Source of the DNA: Callorhinchus milii
Lineage: Eukaryota
Assembly (NCBI RefSeq): GCF_018977255.1
Contig: NW_024704746.1
Coordinates: 6,014,001-6,078,000, forward strand
Reading direction: 5' to 3'
Length of the DNA stretch: 64,000 nt
Below, in pieces: positions 27,981 to 42,124 of the stretch; positions within the stretch are counted from its first letter, which is position 1, and every line of letters starts with the position of its first letter. The notes beneath the pieces are model-generated. The model was not told the origin of the DNA, searched no databases, and saw nothing but the letters and a program-made list of their open reading frames with translations. Both the position numbers and the translations under genes were made by a program.

Positions 27981-30430
27981 TAAATTAAGTTTGAAAAAGC
28001 TGATTTGATTTCAAGCTCCCCAAACCATCCTGGGAATCAAATCAATGCTATATCTGCAATATGTATCAGGCTTTGTGTAGCCCAACCTAACAAAATTGAA
28101 GTTAAAATTTCTTCGTCCATAAAACTTTTTAGCAGCTCTTTGATAACTTTTTTAAGAAGTATTTAGTGGCAGTTAGTAGTTATTCACTTGAGCTCATTTG
28201 TCCTTGAGCGGATGTATCTCGGCTTGATTTCTCCAATTCCCAACTAACTCAGTCCTCCACCAGCTCCAGATCATCCAATGCTCTCCATCCACATCCCATG
28301 TCATACCAGACTCCAGGACCTATTGCTGCAATGTTTATCACTGGCTCCCAATTCTCCCTAATCCATGTTCCGAATTTTAAATGTCTCAATGTCCTTGCTT
28401 CATCCTTCCTCTTTTTCCTCTGGTTCTACTCCCCTGCCCCCTTCCTCTGGTCTGCTTCATGGCCATGCCCCATCAGTAAGCAAGCCTTCAGCTCTCTGGA
28501 CTCTGTCACTGCATTTCTCCACCTCTCACCCTTCTTCTGCTTTCAAATCCTATCTGAACAATCTATCTCTTTCTGTAAGCCTTGAGCTATCTTCCACTCT
28601 GTTCTAGCTTCTCACTGTTTCTGCAGAGCACTTCTTTTGTGTATTTGAGTGTTGTTGTTGAGCAAAAGTCTTGTTGGCCCCCAGCAAGAACAATTTTAGA
28701 GTGGGGAAATCAAAGTGCTATATTTCTGGAAATGATGATAAATTGCTGCGATGTCAATAGGGCATTTTGAAATGTTGACATTAGCCAGTAAATTGAGGGT
28801 TTCATACAGTTACAGCTGAACTTGGGAAATGACTTTTGACTTTGGTTTCCTATTTTAAGTGGGACTGTATCATAAACAGGAAAAGGGGGCTAGAAACCTC
28901 ACACTTAATTGTAATGCATGTAAGTGTTGCAATGGGGGATCTGGTTGGCACATTTATAGTAGTTTAAAATAACAACAACTTGCATTTACATACTGCCTCT
29001 CACTCAGGGTAGCATCTCAGAGTGCTTCAAATAGTTTTAGTTTTCGCGCCAGGTCTCAGACACATGCGGAATAGGCAAACTAATCAGAGTTATGCCACCT
29101 ACACAAGGAAATTTCCGTGTTTCTGGAATGAAATGTGCACGTTCTCCCTGGAGGTATGCATTGTGCTTACCTAATTCCAGAGATTATTAGGTGCAGATTG
29201 ACAAGAGCTAAGATTTGGGGAGCCCTGAGTGTGTGCGTTGGAGTATTGCAGAAATTTAGGAGTTAAAACCTCATAGCTTGCTATTGAGAGCACTGCCTAG
29301 CGAGCTTTCCAATGTTAGGATTATCCTACTCATTAGGGCTTTGGCTTGCACAGCTAATGAGTCGTGGGGGAACAAAAATACCCAGTGATAGAACTGCCTC
29401 TGCAACTCCGATCAACAAGCCAGCCCTTCTCTGGAGTACTGTGGGTCTGCCTGGCTCAGGAAAGGGAATACTGCAAAATAACTCTATTCCAATATTCCAT
29501 TGCCAAACTTGTCATCTTGGAGCCAGTTCAGCTCCAAGAAGACCCTACTTATCTCGCACTCCCTCCCCCGCCATCCCCCCAGAGGGCAAACACTGAATTA
29601 CCATTTGATATGTGACAAGCACAGGTTTGAGCGCTCATTCTGTACGAGGTACCCTGAGAGCTTTCTGTTGAGCAACACAACTCAGTATGAAATACTTAAG
29701 AGTTTGTGTGTGTTTGAACAGCAGCTTCTTATCTCTTTGTATACCAATCAAGGTAGATATCGAGCCCTGGAACACGTGTTCATGAAACCAGATTTCAGGT
29801 AATGCATTCCAGTAGCTGTCAACCAAAGCCCCAGTCTCCTTATCAGCTATCTGACAGATATCTACCTGCCTTCATTGTAGTGGGAGAACCTATATAGGAT
29901 CAGGCTTGTTACATGCATTGATCTGATGAGCTGCTTTTAAAAACTTTATTGTTTCAAAAAGTCCACATTTAAGAGGGATGCTATCATAACCCTCTTATTG
30001 ACTTTAGAATGCATGTTCAACACTTTAAATGTCTCATGTCCTTGCTTCATCCTACCTTTTATTTCAGTCTTTCATTTGTTTGCAGCCTGGAGTAGGGTGC
30101 TGTATTTATTTGTTCACCATCAACAGACCAAACAGTCTATCCCAAGGAAACCAATGCAATTGTGGACATCAGAAAGCTATAGTCCATCATTCTTTATTTT
30201 ATATTTCTTTGCAGTGATGAACTTTGCTATATTTTTGGCGTTTTGTGGTAGTAAAGTTACCAAATTCAGCTGAAAGCCTCATTATCTCAGTACAAGGGAT
30301 GCCCTGGAGTTAGGAGTGGTATAGCCAGGTTTTCTCCTCGGTTTCCATGCCAAATTGACTTCCCACTTTCAGCCAAGATAATACAACAACAAGATTCCAT
30401 TTATAGAGCGCCTTTCACGTCAGGAAGACA

Positions 30431-30819
30431 ATAACAACAATAATAATAATAATCCTTGCATTTGATAGTGTTTATCACATCTTCGAGATGTCTCAAAGCG
30501 CTTTGTAGAATATACTTTATAGTGAATTGACTGTATATTTTGTGGGCGAAACGTGGTAGCCAGTTGCCCACAGCAGTGTCCCACAAATAGTCGTGGATTG
30601 AAGAGACCAATTCATTATTATTATTTTTTAAGGAATTATTAACCCCGGAAATGCGATCAGCCAATCGACCAACAACTGAGCTCCTACTTACTGCTAAACA
30701 CAGGTAAACACAGGAGTGTGGAGTTGGGGAACTTGCCCAACATTTTGCCTGCCGGAAATAGAATCCAGGTCTCTCACTTGCAAGGCGACTGCTCTAACCA
30801 TTGAGCTGATGGACTCCAC
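30431..30819 (-). mobile_element. Full-length tRNA-derived SINE, long subfamily, adjoining an L2 tail
   Basis: Head gtggagtcc..agctcaatggttagagc, long body, (att)n tail. An L2 3' tail (30378-30428) lies directly next to it. Confidence 0.85.
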
Positions 30820-31967
30820 CTTTTTTCAGCTACATAATTTTTTCAGCTAAACAGAAGTGAGCATTTGCCTGTGTGATGGAACTCAGAGGCCAAATCAACC
30901 CGTGCCATGTTCCCGTAGCTCCTGTCCTTCATTATTAAGTGGTACTGGTAGAGGAATGCAATTTTATAAAAACCTCATTTTTTTATTATCTTTTGCAAGT
31001 CACAGTACAGCTTAAATGATTGCTTAGACAGAACTGAAAAATGATTGCTGAGACAGAACTGAATTTATTTTCCAAGGATCCTGATTGAAGGGGCCCTTCT
31101 TAGCAAGAACAAGAAGTGATGTCGATTGACTGGTTATGAAAGTTAACCCATTGGTTGTGGCACATGGCTGCGAGGATCGCTATTTGACTAAATTGGTTTA
31201 ACCCAACTGGATGTGTCCTGCTATTCATGTGCTAATGAGGAACCCTGGGCTGAAGGGAATTTAGGAATAGGAATGGGAAAGATCATTTATAGTCTGTCTA
31301 TGTAGTCTCATTTGCATTGGTAAACATCACCACAATTTAATTGTTTCCACACAATTAACCCAAATTTTCACCTCGCCTTAACATGTAAGAACATTTTGTC
31401 TTAAAATTCAACGTCATAAAGAATTGTGTAAAATTCTTGAATTCACTCCGTTTGGAAACGGGTCTTTTTAAAGAGTTGAGGAAAAATGTCTTCCAAACTA
31501 AAATTGAATTTAAGAATTTTCTAAAATTCTACACCATCTTAAATGGCAGGCAAGTCGAGACAAAGTGGAATTTCAGACCTTAAGTGTCTTCTCGCCCGCG
31601 TGTGTGTGTCGTAAACAGTAAAATATTCAGGCAACTACTTACCAGCTGAAGTTCTAAAGTTTATACAGCAGGAAAAGTTCTCACCCGAGCCCAATCTTGC
31701 TAAATCAGCCAAACTCTCTCCCAGTAGGGCAATAAACTTGGGTGTTCAAATTAACAACTGGTGACTATCCTCCTTGGGGGAGGTGAGCAGGATCTCCTTG
31801 GAGCTGAGCTAGCTCCAAGTTGACATGCTTGGCAACAGAGTGTCAGAATCAAGTCAGCCCTCTGTGGCGGTGTGCATGGTCGGCATTTGGAGAGGCAGAC
31901 CAGTTAATGCTGCCGGGATTCTTCCCACTTGGCCCTTGTTAATCTTGCAAGTCAAAGCCATAATGGG

Positions 31968-32288
31968 TAATAATAATAATCCTTGCATTTGATATAGCGC
32001 TTTTCACGTCGGGAGGACGTCCCAAAGCGCTTCACAGAACACACTGTAAAGTGAATTGACTGTATATTTGTGGGCGAACGCTGCAGCCAATTGCGCACAG
32101 CAATGTCCCACAAACAGTCGTAGATTGAAAATGACCAATTTATTATTGTTTTTGGTTTTGGAGGGATTATTATTAGGCTCTGTGTGGAGTAAGGAAACTT
32201 GCCCAAGGTTTCGCCCTCTGCCTGGAATTGATCTCAGGTCTCTCGCTTGCAAAGCGAGTGCTCTAACCGCTGAGCTACAGGACTCCAC
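31968..32288 (-). mobile_element. Full-length tRNA-derived SINE, short subfamily
   Basis: Near-identical reverse complement of 9346-9663. Confidence 0.92.
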
Positions 32289-33589
32289 TAGGTAGGTGGA
32301 CTGCTGGACAAGCAACTAGATTGTTCGACAATGCTTTCAGTGGCAAAGCATGGCGTTTTAGTTGCTTAGACTCCAGCAGTACCCCAACACACACTTCTAG
32401 GGTCCCTATAACCTCAGCTTTTGACAACCTGCGTCAAAAACTGTCAGGAATTAAGTAAGCAGAGTTCATCCTCCGGGGAGAAAGTGGGCATTCGATTTTA
32501 AACAGCAGTTTTCACGTGTAGGTTGCACAAGTGGAACTCTTGTGTCTAGTTTGGATACAGTGATGGGTTTCCTTGTGTCAGACACCTGGTTGACCTGACT
32601 GACTTGGATGCTGCAATTAAAAGACAGGTTCCCAGCATGGGAGCTTGGTGCACAATCTGTCAAGCTAGCACGTTTCCTGTAAAAAGCCTCTTGAAAATCC
32701 CACAATTAGCAGTAATGTATTTTAGATTGAAATAGGCCACAAACCAGTGCAAGTACTGTACAAAATGATATCCTTTCAAAATACGCCATCTTTTGCATGC
32801 AGCAGCTGGTTTTGTCAGATGGAGGCTTATTGGATGACTGAAAATGTGTGCTTCAGTTAGAAGTTAAAACGTATGTATTGGAGTACTGTGATGTCAATTA
32901 AGCTTTGAAACAGGACATGTGGATTTGTTTTCAGGGTCCACCGTGGCACTTTTAGTTGTAGATAATTGCTGCAGCATGTTGAAGGGCAGTTAGTGAACAG
33001 GAAATTCTCTGAGCCAGTTATCGTATTTCCAAAAACTAGATTGTGTATTTCACTTATTAATATACAAGTGTCTCATCAGCATTCGTACCTCTTAATCATC
33101 TCTCACAAAATAAAAAAAACTAATTTGTTCATTCAAATCATGACTGTTTGTGGGACATGCACAATTGGCTGCCACGTTTTGCCCACAAAATATGCAGTCA
33201 ATTTACTTTACAATGTATTCTGTGAAGTACTTTGAGACATCTCAAAGACGTGATAAGCCGCTATATCAAATGAAAAGATTATTATTATATTGATTTTGCG
33301 TTATATATTCACAATTCAATGGACCTGCAAAAAGACACTAAATGTAGCATTTTTCTGTGTATAAATGCTGCTTACATTGTGTAGTCTGAGGGGAATTTGA
33401 GGAGTGGAATCTGGATAAGAAAGTGAAACGTAAATATATTTAGTTGACATGTTTCTGCATTGTTTTAACCGTTTGATTTTCCTCTCAGGCAAAGGGGTTT
33501 TGTCTTGAATGTGAATTATTCACATTATGGTGCCCTATCACGGTATAAAATAAATGAAAGGACCCATGTATCCAGTTGTGTATCTCCAT

Positions 33590-33900
33590 CCAGGCCTCCC
33601 GACTACCTCGCCCCGGGCTGTCAAGATCCTCATTCACAGTTTCATCACATCCAGTTTTGACTATTCCTGTGCCCTGGTGGCCAGCTCCTCCTTATACAAA
33701 CTGCAGATAATACAGAACTCTGCAGACCGTGTCCTCTTCTGCACCAGGTTCCATGAGCCTATCACTCCCATATTCACTCGGCTCCATTATGCCCCACCAC
33801 CCATCCCTCCTTCCCAGCTCAGATGCCTCGTCAGCTGTGCAAAGAACTTTAAGATGTCCTCCCAACCCCAAAGGCATTAAATAAATGTAAATTGTATTGT
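33590..33900 (+). mobile_element. L2 fragment
   Basis: LIHSFITSSFDYSCAL..KLQIIQNSADRVL..HEPITPIFTRLH. Further L2 remnants at about 28220-28600(+), 44660-44930(+), 49540-49675(+), 7610-7712(+). Confidence 0.8.
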
Positions 33901-34173
33901 AGGATTGTGTCTGATCATTACAGCCTTCATTCCCTTCTGAGAGGACCTTTGGTTTTAAATGCTTGATTGGTATAAGTTCTGCAGCTATGCATGAATGTAA
34001 TTTGTTTCCCCCCCCACCCCACCCCACTCCCATCAATAAATAAAGATAGATATTTATACTTGTTATGGCAGCACTGAAAATCAAAACATGGACAGAATGG
34101 GGATATAGAGCATGTAAGTGACTGAAAGGCTTCCATATGTTCACTAACCAGTTGCTACATGTTTTTGTTTCAG

Positions 34174-34406
34174 AAAGTTTCATCAGTGAGCCTAGAGACC
34201 ATGAAGTAATGATGCAGATTGATTGTGAGGTGACCGCCACCAGAATCATTCACATAAAGACCTCGACTATTCCTTCCTTTCTACGTGATCACCAACAAAA
34301 CCACACGGATTCCGATCAGCATTCAGATCCTACACCTACTCCAATAACACCTCCCATCATCACAGAGTCTGTCCAAGGGACTGGGTTCAAACTTTCTCAG
34401 CAGTGA
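34174..34406 (+). CDS. ATF6: ATF6 terminal coding exon
   Basis: Acceptor ttgtttcag|AA; phase 1 matches the upstream exon (GAT G|AA = D E). Encodes ESFISEPRDHEVMMQIDCEVTATRIIHIKTSTIPSFLRDHQQNHT...SQQ*, containing the ATF6 MMQIDC.V..TRI.HIK motif. TGA at 34404-34406. Alpha assignment rests mainly on adjacency to OLFML2B. Confidence 0.92.
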
Positions 34407-34537
34407 TCGACTGAACCCACACAATTGTTTGCAACTATGGTATCTGTTCAGAACTTGTGATTGGAAAATCGTAAATTGGAAATTTAAAACAATCATATCT
34501 TATCAGATTTTCCCCAATGTTAAACCCAAGTGAGTGA

Positions 34538-34543
34538 ATTAAA
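34538..34543 (+). promoter_or_regulatory. Candidate ATF6 proximal polyadenylation signal (ATTAAA)
   Basis: ATTAAA about 130 nt after the stop, followed by a T-rich tract. A canonical AATAAA also occurs at 36943-36948. Confidence 0.25.
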
Positions 34544-35454
34544 TGGTTTTATTTTTAACTTTGATATAAAATAATTTATTATTTTAACTGCGATTCTTTT
34601 ACAGATTTGGCTGTATATAGTTAATTACACTAGATGTGCTCCAGTACATTTATCCTTGGACTTCTCCCTTGAGCCGTGAATTGAATCCTCCTTGAATGGT
34701 AATTTTGGAGGTACTTGTTTTGAGCAGGATTTGATGGTGAAATGTTACAACCAACGATTTTGAGAATTGTCATTCTGGGAGAGAATACTAGTCACATACC
34801 AATCAGGAAAGCATTGGTCTTGAGTAAGGATGATGTCCAAAAACACCTTTGCAAAAATGAGTGTAAATTCATGATACTTGATAGTTCTTCTTGAGTACTG
34901 ATCTAAAAGCAAAGTAAGCGTGAGTTTTTTGGGGGGACCGGGGGGGTTGTCAATAGTGAAGCACAACACCAAGATTGAAAAAAATAATGGGAGCAGCCCC
35001 AATGGTGTGATGGGTAGAACTGCAGCTTACAAACCAGCAACTTTCTCTTTCATGCATAGTTTGCTTATTTCAACCATAGGGGATGTGGATCTCATGCATG
35101 GATGCGGAGGCTGAATTGGCCTTGCCCTTCCCAAGGTTTTTACTCACTGCCAAGACTCACAGTGCCACTTGGTTGGGGCAACCTGTGCCCATTGAACTGT
35201 ACTTCAGTAAGAGAAGGCCAGATCAAGAGCAGAGAGAAAATAAGTCTTGGACAAATTCTTTATGTTTCTTCAATTGAATGTTGACAAAGCAGAGGGTCAT
35301 GCTTGACTTCCATCTGTCTTTCAAACTTCATAAACATGCTCTTACCATTTCAGCTTTCCCTTGCCTCCGAAACATGAAAAAATAGTACCCCCGGACAATC
35401 TTGGGTTTTGTGTTGAGGGAAGGGATTCCTGCCTTGGAATGCTGTGACAGATTA

Positions 35455-35846
35455 TATTTTCTCACTCAGGATAGAATTAAAAATCCTGGTCCTCACTTTC
35501 AGGGCCCTCCACGGCTTTGCCCCCTCCTATATATCCGACCTGCTGACCCCCATCAACCTGTCCGCTCCCTCCGTTCAGCAGGCTCTGGCTCCGGGCTTTC
35601 AGCCTCTCTGCCTATACTCTTTGGAACTGTATCCCACGGTCCCTTTGCCTTGCTCCCTCTCTCGCCTCCTTCAAGGCACGACTCAAGACCCTCCTTTTTG
35701 ACCGTACCTTCAGCCGTCCTCCTACCCCCTCTGCCCTCCCTCATCCCAACCCTGCCCCCCACACTCGTCCTGATCCTTGAGTGTTTAGCACCTTGGGATG
35801 TCCTCCCGATGTGAAAGGCGCTTTACAACTGTAATTTTGTCGTTGC
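35455..35846 (+). mobile_element. L2 3' fragment
   Basis: RIELKILVLTFRALHGFAPSYISDLL; tail gcaccttgggatgtcctcccgatgtgaaaggcgc. Confidence 0.85.
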
Positions 35847-36439
35847 GTCTTCCGATATTGGCTAATTCAACACAGACCAGGGATAAAAACATGTGCCAAT
35901 GGCTCAATACACCATTGTAATTTACCACTAATGTAATTTCATCCATGGTAAGGTTAAACTTACTGTTAATGAATCTCAGTATAGCAGAGCAACAATAATA
36001 ATTTACATAGCACCTCTTGCTTCAGTATGATTTCTCAAAATGCCTCACAGTTGATTTGGAGCTCAAGTGTCGGCGGGATTCGAGGAGTGGAATCTACATA
36101 GGGTAGTGCTCATTAGAGAAGAGTTGTCCAACTTACAAATTATGACAACTCTACAAATGAAAAAGAACTACAGACAGACAGACACTACCCAAACTCTTTT
36201 CCATCTGAGGCGCAGTCCTGCTATCTGCCTGTTGCTGCATAAAGCCCTTCTGAAAACCCATGTACGTATTTTTATATTAGTAAAAGAGATCTTTCTGTCA
36301 TTGTACACTGAAGAAGATTTGGGTGAGCTGTGTCCGAACCAGGTAGTCTATGTCCTGTTCACTGCAGCGTTCTCTCTTTCCTATAACTCAGGAATGTATG
36401 TTATTAAATGTTGCACTTTGGAGTAAGATTTTCTGTATA

Positions 36440-37242
36440 CAGTAAACCTCGCATAAGTCTGATCTGTATATATCGTATTTATGCCTGTTGTACATCTGTC
36501 CAAGTCCCAATCAATTTCCTATTAAATGATACTTAAATGTAAATGCACTAGTTGTATTAACCATGTAACTTTTAACACCACTACCGCACTTGCCACTACC
36601 AAACTTACCATCGCCGGCTCCAAACTTTGTCTCCCGTACCTGCCTCCAATGGAACACCGCACACGCGCATCCCAGGGCTCTCCATGCTCTCCCTCTCACA
36701 GGCGTAACATTGAAAAAGAGAGAGAGGGGTAGAGAGAGTGATTGAGGGAGAGGGGAGAGAGAGAGTGTGATTGAGAGAGATGGAAGAGTGATTGAGAGGG
36801 GGAGAGAGAGAGAGAAACAGCAAATGAGAGGGGACGTGAGGGCAGGGTTTCATGGTTCTCAAACAGGGTATCCAGCCCTCAGCAGCCAAAAGGTTGGACC
36901 ACCCAGCTCATGTGAAACAATCTTTGTAAGAGTTTATATTCTAATAAAACAGTTCTGTTTTGAAACCGCTTTGGTTGTGCCAACCATTACCAATGTGCTT
37001 GTGCATGTTTTCTGCACATGACGTACGGTATTGTATATGGATAGCATGGGCTAAATATGATACAGAAACCTCGCCGTAATGTTGCTAGTCAGTACAGTAC
37101 TTGTGTATTGCAATTGTTACGTGTTAGTCATATAAAATCCGACTTGTACATAACTTTACACGTCATATATGATACGACTTATACTTTGCATTAAGTCGTA
37201 TTAAATGTATGGTCCCAACTGATACTTATGTGAAGTTTGTTG
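36440..37242. mobile_element. Non-autonomous Tc1/mariner (Tigger/pogo-like) element
   Basis: TA|CAGTAAACCTCGCATAAGTCT left end with a degenerate inverted copy at 37222-37242. Internal GA-rich tract at 36710-36820. Confidence 0.6.
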
Positions 37243-39181
37243 TTTGTGTGGTACATATATATAATATATATAACACACACATACTGACTTTATATCTGTA
37301 GGGTTCCTCATTTATATAATTTATTTTCAATTTCAGAGACCCTATAAAATAATGAATGTTTCTGTGCTCCATTAAAATTTAAGATATATGTCTATTCAAG
37401 TATTTCATGCTCACATATGGGTCATAAAATAGCACTAATATTTATTTACAACTGTATTCACATGGCATGTTTATTGCTTTAGTTTTTATTGTTATTTTAT
37501 TGATCTGAATACAGATTTCGGTTTCTTCTTATGTGAGGCCTGACGTCTCTCCACATTGCCTGTGTGTAGCTGAGACCAGTAACAGCCGCAGTGTCCCTAC
37601 TGCAGGAGCATTGTGTGGTTGTGATAGGTACAAACAGAATTCCATTTTGAGCTTCAGATGATCGTGAGTACACAGACAGTCAGAGTCAGTTTCTAAATGT
37701 TCTCATTGTCTTGCATTGCTTTCCTGGTTCCCAAGCACTTGATCCCTTACATTGTCAAATGCAAGGATTATTTTATTACTGTTACTGTACAAAAGGCAAA
37801 CCAATACAGAAGCATTGTGCTGCAATCAACTTAGCAGAAATGAATAATAACTTAGCAAATTATAGGTTGGTGAAAGGACAGTTCTCATTAACATCATGAC
37901 TTTTTGGTTCTCCAAAAGAATTAAGGACTCAGCTCCTAACCTTGGGAGTATGAGCCAGTCCAGCTGTGTACCAGCCTCCAGCACTGCAGTGTTAAGGCAA
38001 CAGCCATGCTGCAGAAGGACAAAGCCCTGCCAACATAAAGCCCTCTAGCTAGCACCTGAGAACAAAATTGACAGTGATCCCCAGTGTAATTGTGATAACC
38101 ACTGGTGAACTATACCATAACCCGCCTGGTTGCAAAGCATGCATTCTCCACACTAGGCTTGAGAGCAGTATTTTTTTTACATACCTTTCTGTTTTACCTT
38201 ATCTTAACGTTCTGTCTGTTTAAATGTCCCCAAATTTATAGAGTATCACATCAATATAGTTCCATAAAGCAAAGAGGCTTCAGAAATGTAATTGAGGTTT
38301 ACTTTAATTTAAATTTATTAATTTCATTCTTTTCATATTGTAATATATTTTTTAATAAATGAAAATATATATTATATTCTTATTTATTTATTGGTCCCCA
38401 TGTATGTACCATAATGCCCTGAGTGACTCTGCGAGGCTGCTCTGAATTCATTTGTACTCCAGGGCAAGCCACAGTAATGGGGCCATGTTGAGGACAGGAT
38501 TTAGCTCAACTATGAGACCCCCCCTTTCCCGCCACAGATTTATTGTCTGAGCTCATACGTATACTGGGCACTTGGCAAGATATTGGAGGGCATTCAATGC
38601 CTGGAGTACCATACCCAGGTTGAGTTATTGCTTTTAGAGAGGAGAGGATAAATCACTGTACATTTACTCATGTATCAAATCTCAAATAGTAGCTTAGTAC
38701 TACTGATGCAGGATTAAATTGTAATAATTCTTTACCTACGGATTGTGACATAAATAATCCAAACAATTGTAACAGGGTGATTCCTGTGGGATTTTCATTT
38801 TTTTAAAAAATGCCCTTGTGTTTGTTAGTAAAAAAACTGAACGTTTCTGGAAATTGTCAAATGCGTAATCTAATAATGCTACACAAATTGAGTCATGCAC
38901 TGGAAATCCACAACACATCGATCAGCATCCAAAAGAGAAAATTAGTTTAGATTTTGGGTACGACTTGTTTATCCGCATATTATGCTGATTAACACATTGG
39001 ACAATTCTAGCGTTTTTTTTAATTTTCAATTTCCAGCATTTGCGGGTTTTTCTTTCTCATAAACACCACATAATACACCCACTTCTAATTCATGAACACA
39101 AGGTGCAATACTGTGGTCAATAATTCATACCCTTCAGTCACCAAGGAGCTGGGAAATAATCATCCAGAATCCTTTAAAATA

Positions 39182-39525
39182 CAGTAAAACTCGCATAAGT
39201 CTTAGCTTTATAAATCATATAATCGCCTAAGTGGTAAATGCTGTCCCATTCACTTTCCTACTAAAAACCACTTAGATTTCTTTACACTAGTTGTATTTTA
39301 TAAAGCAAATCATCTAACTCGTCACACCTCGATCACATTACTGGCTGCGTTGAAACCTGGGAAAGGAAGTTCTGACCTGTCGACACTGGCTGCTTTAAAG
39401 TATGCGTGTGCAGTGTAGATTATTGATTAAATGGATTTTATATGATTTACGCAAGTTTGCCTGTAACTCAAACTTTCCGTAAGTCATATTAAATGTTACA
39501 GTGCAGACTTAGGTGAATTTTACTG
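39182..39525. mobile_element. Tigger/pogo-like MITE
   Basis: TA|CAGTAAAACTCGCATAAGTCT ... AGACTTAGGTGAATTTTACTG; TIRs match 18/21. Same family as 36440. Confidence 0.75.
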
Positions 39526-39564
39526 CTTAAATCAACTGTCCATAGAAGATGAAAAACTGAATTA

Positions 39565-39570
39565 TTTATT
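39565..39570 (-). promoter_or_regulatory. Candidate OLFML2B polyadenylation signal
   Basis: AATAAA on - (TTTATT on +), about 390 nt after the stop codon. Confidence 0.4.
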
Positions 39571-39959
39571 GTGTCCCATGATTTGGAGTTGTGTGAAACC
39601 TTTTTTAAACTCTGAAATCCAGTTTAGGTAAAACTATAACTGTTTCAAAGTATCAGGGAGACAGTCATTATCAAGGGCCTGGTAGACATTGTTCTTCTCT
39701 CCAAGTAGCGCGTGCTACAATAGGAACATGCAAGCTTCTGATCCACTTGAATTGGCAGGCATCTCGTTCCATGCAAGGTATGCAACTATTACATAAAGCT
39801 CAGATTAAAGGGCCCTTAAAGTCCTTTTTGTTTCCTTTGTTAAAAGCAGATTGCCATGGCTATATTAACAGAAACAGATCGATCCACAATCTGCGAATGA
39901 ATATAAGAACATTTACCCTTTTCACAAAGTAAGTGTTTCCACTTTGTAAGTCACCCGTT

Positions 39960-40595
<636 letters not shown>

Positions 40596-41675
40596 TTATC
40601 AGCTCAACAATAGTCTGGTCGGTCAATTGATCTAAGCCTTCAGTACCTCATTAATTTTGTGTTCTTTTTATTGCTGAGAGAGCAAGGCTCAGAGTTCAGG
40701 CCACTGCTGGCTGGGCAGCCGAGATCGGGGTAGGAAGCCAAGGCGGATGCGGAGGAGAAAGGTAGCAAAGCGTGGTCAAAGACAGACCTTGAACGAGGGC
40801 ACGAGCACGTCAGAGAGACTCAGGAATGGAGTTCAAGAAATTGGGGGCAAAAAGATTCAAAATCGACCTGCCAATAGTGAGGCTTATAGGTCAGGCGTCA
40901 TGAAACAGGCCTTGAAATGGCTCAAAGTATTAAACAAAATATAATTGGAAATGTAATAAAAGTTGTTTGTCTAGGCAAAAGCAGTAACGAACACGTGTAA
41001 GTTATATCCTATAATGAGATAAGTACACAATTATTTCAAAATTTGGATTAGAAGAATATAAAATAAATTCACTTTGCCTTTATTACCATTCCAAGTAACC
41101 ATACAGTGTTTAATTGAGAAATTTAAATGAAAGGGCAAGGCCAAATTCAGGTAAAGAAAATAGGATCATGGATGAAACAAAGTAATTGTAATTGAAACAA
41201 AGTAAGAAACAATACAATACAAAATTACATTTGTATAGTGCCTTTCACGTTGGGAGGACGTCCCAAGGCGCTGATGCTAAGCTTGAATTAAAGAAAAACA
41301 TTACAATGTAGGAGAGAGGAAGGGTGAGGGAGGTTAGGCATTCCTCCAGCTTGCAGTTCTGTGGAAGAATCAATACTAACTATATTACAGAGCTGTTTTG
41401 AGAGTATGATACTGTATTGAGTTCACTGGACTAGTGAGTAGTCCAGTGAACTCGATGTGCCATTTACTCTGCAAGGCAATTACAGGTAACTCTGGATTGT
41501 GTACGTTGACAAAACACGAACATCAACATTCATTTCACTATTGCTGTCTGCAGAGATTGCAGAATATCAAAATGAGAATCCTGCATCAACCACAGCACAA
41601 ATGTGGCCAATTGAACAGCATCAGGGGCATCTAGCATTTCTATCTGCCACAACTGGGTCTCTCATTTCATGCTTA

Positions 41676-41894
<219 letters not shown>

Positions 41895-42124
41895 TTATAA
41901 TAACTCATCTTTTTCTAACATAACCAGAATGTAACATTTTTCAGGAGATGACTCAACTAACTGGTCAAAAATCAAAGGTAACTGAATCTGACAATTTCTT
42001 TATCCAATGTCCATGCACGTTTTCGTCGGGGATTACTGGACAGTGCTGTGGGGGGCACTCTGATTGTCAGAGAGCAGCAACCCTGGCTAATATGAGGTAC
42101 CAAGACCATTTAAGGTGCCACTTT

